Assembly: GCF_006345805.1 (NCBI RefSeq)
Contig: NC_042998.1
Span: 33,604,001 to 33,668,000, forward strand
DNA length: 64,000 nucleotides
Direction: 5' to 3'
From: Octopus sinensis
Lineage: Eukaryota
In this document: one piece after another, positions 61,789 through 64,000 of the stretch
Numbering within the stretch: the first letter of the stretch is position 1
Layout of the letters: each line of letters starts with the position of its first letter
The notes under the pieces: generated by a model
What the model was told of the DNA's origin: nothing
The model's input: the letters and a program-made list of their open reading frames with translations, nothing else
The model's database searches: none
Position numbers and translations under genes: made by a program

Positions 61789-62399
61789 TATCTATCTATA
61801 CTATAATAAAGTAAAATGCTTATTAAGTAGTTTGGAGTATGTAACATTTACTAAAAGAAAACGGTTATTAGAATCCACAGCCACTACAAAATTCTCAAAA
61901 TTTCTGTGATTTTCAAAATGCTTTTATTATTGAAGATTTCAATAATAGCAAACTAGGTTTGTTTCATTGCGAGATTGCGGTTTTTAACACTGAGAAATAG
62001 CTTCCCTCTTTGTATTTTTTATTTTCTTTTTCCTCTCATACACTTCACGAGGCCACTTTCTGCAGACATATATGTTGCCTTGATGCCAGTATCCTTTCAT
62101 ATTTGTTGGGTGTTTTTGAAGAAGAAAAGTGGTTTTAATTTACTTACGTCAATTGTACCAAATATAAACGTGTCTCGTTTTCTTTCAAGTAAAGTATTTG
62201 ATTGTTGTGCACGATGTACAGTAGGCGGTTTTTTAACGTCTGACATTTGTATACTTTCCTTCGACTCTGTTTTCTTGCAACGCTTTTGTCTGTCTTTCTG
62301 TCTTTCTGTCTCTCTTTCTCTCTCTTTATCTCTGTTTTCTGTCTCTTTGTTGTCGCCCCCGTTCCTATTTCTCTTTCTGTTTCTCCATCCTTTCCTCTC

Positions 62400-62591
62400 T
62401 TTTTCTCTTTTACTTGCTCCACTCATTCGACTACGGGCATGCCGGGGGTCACTGCCCTGAACAAATCTTAGTCGAATGAATCGAACTCAGAATTTAATTT
62501 TTTTTTTTTTCAAATTTATTCTATCAGTCTGTCTTGCCGAACCGCTAAGTAAATACACCAACTCCGTTTGTCAAGCGGTGGTGGGGAACAA

Positions 62592-62622
<31 letters not shown>

Positions 62623-62740
62623 CGATGGGCTGCTTTCAGTTTCGGTCTACCACATCCAATTTCCCGTGGTGCCATGCAGTCGGACTTAATCCAGAAAATG
62701 TGGTAAAGGAGCAAGCTTCTTACCACACAGCTACGCCCGC
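62400..62740 (-). mobile_element. Diverged type C SINE
   Basis: Tail, (CA)n and head segments are recognisable in reverse complement. Confidence 0.65.
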
Positions 62741-63324
62741 GCCTTATCAGATTTTCTCTCTCACTCTTATCCTTATCGTTGTTGTTGTTTCTTTTCAAAT
62801 TTCTCACTCCCCCCCGCCTCTCTCTCTCTCTCACTAAATTTGTATTTTTTCCCCTTTTATTCCATTAATATTTTTGTCATTCCCTCGTATACTCCGTTAC
62901 TTTCACTTTCCTTGGAACTCTGTCTGTCGCTCTATTTTCTTTCTCTCTCAATCTTACTCTCTCTCTCTCTCTCTCTCTCTTTCAATCTCACTCTCTCACT
63001 AACACTCTCTTTACCGCCTCTATTCAGTTGTCTTCATTAAAAATTAGTGCCACATTACAGATTGGTCGGGGTATTTCCAGAAGAGAATAATCTTCTTTAA
63101 AACAATCCACCGAGCCAGCTTTCAGAGTCTGCGAATATTCAGGTGCCAATTGATAATCACCATCAAATGGGGGCAAAATGTGCAGACAAATATCTCATAT
63201 GGCAGCAAGGTACAAACAGTAAAGCAGAGTAAACAAACAGAAAACTGAGGGATCAAACCGAATATGTACAACAGGAGAACAAAGGGAAAAACTTTCAAAC
63301 TAGGAGATGCCTTACTTGTTCTCG

Positions 63325-63636
63325 ATCGGTTGCGACGACGAGGGTTCCAGTTAACCCGATCAACGGAACAGCCTGCTCGGGAAATTAACGCGCGAGTGAC
63401 TCAGCACTCCATAGATACGCGTACCCTTAACCTAGTTCTCGGGGAGATTCAGCGTGACACAGAATCTGACAAGGCTGGCCCTTTGAAATACAGAACCATC
63501 TAATTTTTGCCAGCAGAGTGAACTGGAACAACGAGAAATAAAATGTCTTGCTCAAAGATACAATGCATAGACTGGAATCGAACTCACGACCTTACGTTCA
63601 GATCCGAATACCCCAAACTACTAAGCGAAACGCCTT
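63325..63636 (-). mobile_element. SINE with head B and tail T1
   Basis: The head and CORE-like part match 57981-58110; the 3' part matches tail T1 of family A. The same combination occurs at ~19610-19820 (+). Confidence 0.75.
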
Positions 63637-64000
63637 TACTTCAAACTAGGAACAAGTCTGTTACAGGATTAGCAGTGAATGCATCCTCCTCCATTATATG
63701 TTCTTAAGTATTTCGATGTTGATCATACAGGAAACAGCTTTCTGGAAGTCATGCGTTCATAAAATAATGCACTGGCGTTGGGCTTCTCTGGGTTGCAGAG
63801 AAATCAGGGCCCCGGGACTTATTCAGTTCTAATTCGTAGCAGTTTCGTACAAGCAACGAGATAGACACCAGTAGAAAACTGCTCAGAGGGAGGTGATTCT
63901 GCTGGTGTATACTATGTACTCAAAGGAAGAGAAAGAGCGAAAGGCTATAAGGCACCCACACACCACACAAACACACACATACTGCGTGTGTATGTAATCA

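Overview
AT-rich, microsatellite-dense eukaryotic DNA made up almost entirely of transposable elements and their fossils. The SINE families and overall texture suggest a cephalopod (Octopus-like) genome, but that is inference from recalled repeat families, not a database match. No host protein-coding gene can be called confidently. The only long ORF (39359-41950) is the reverse-transcriptase half of a 5'-truncated Tx1/L1-clade LINE. It is the first of four same-orientation copies stacked inside (TATC)n tracts. Other contents: an RTE-clade 3' fragment; mariner and Tc1 fossils; three non-autonomous Helitrons; several MITEs and long palindromes; at least five tRNA-headed SINE types that swap tails; and three decayed Penelope-like element (PLE) remnants (ORF N-terminus, RT, GIY-YIG). 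The most notable signal is about a dozen minimal type I hammerhead ribozyme (HHR) motifs. These include a variant with a compensatory G3-C8 core swap (GUGAACA) on both arms of a 270-bp palindrome, a recurring CCGAUGA variant, and a tRNA-headed SINE family whose 3' tail carries a hammerhead. All structures were folded by eye; none was computed or tested.
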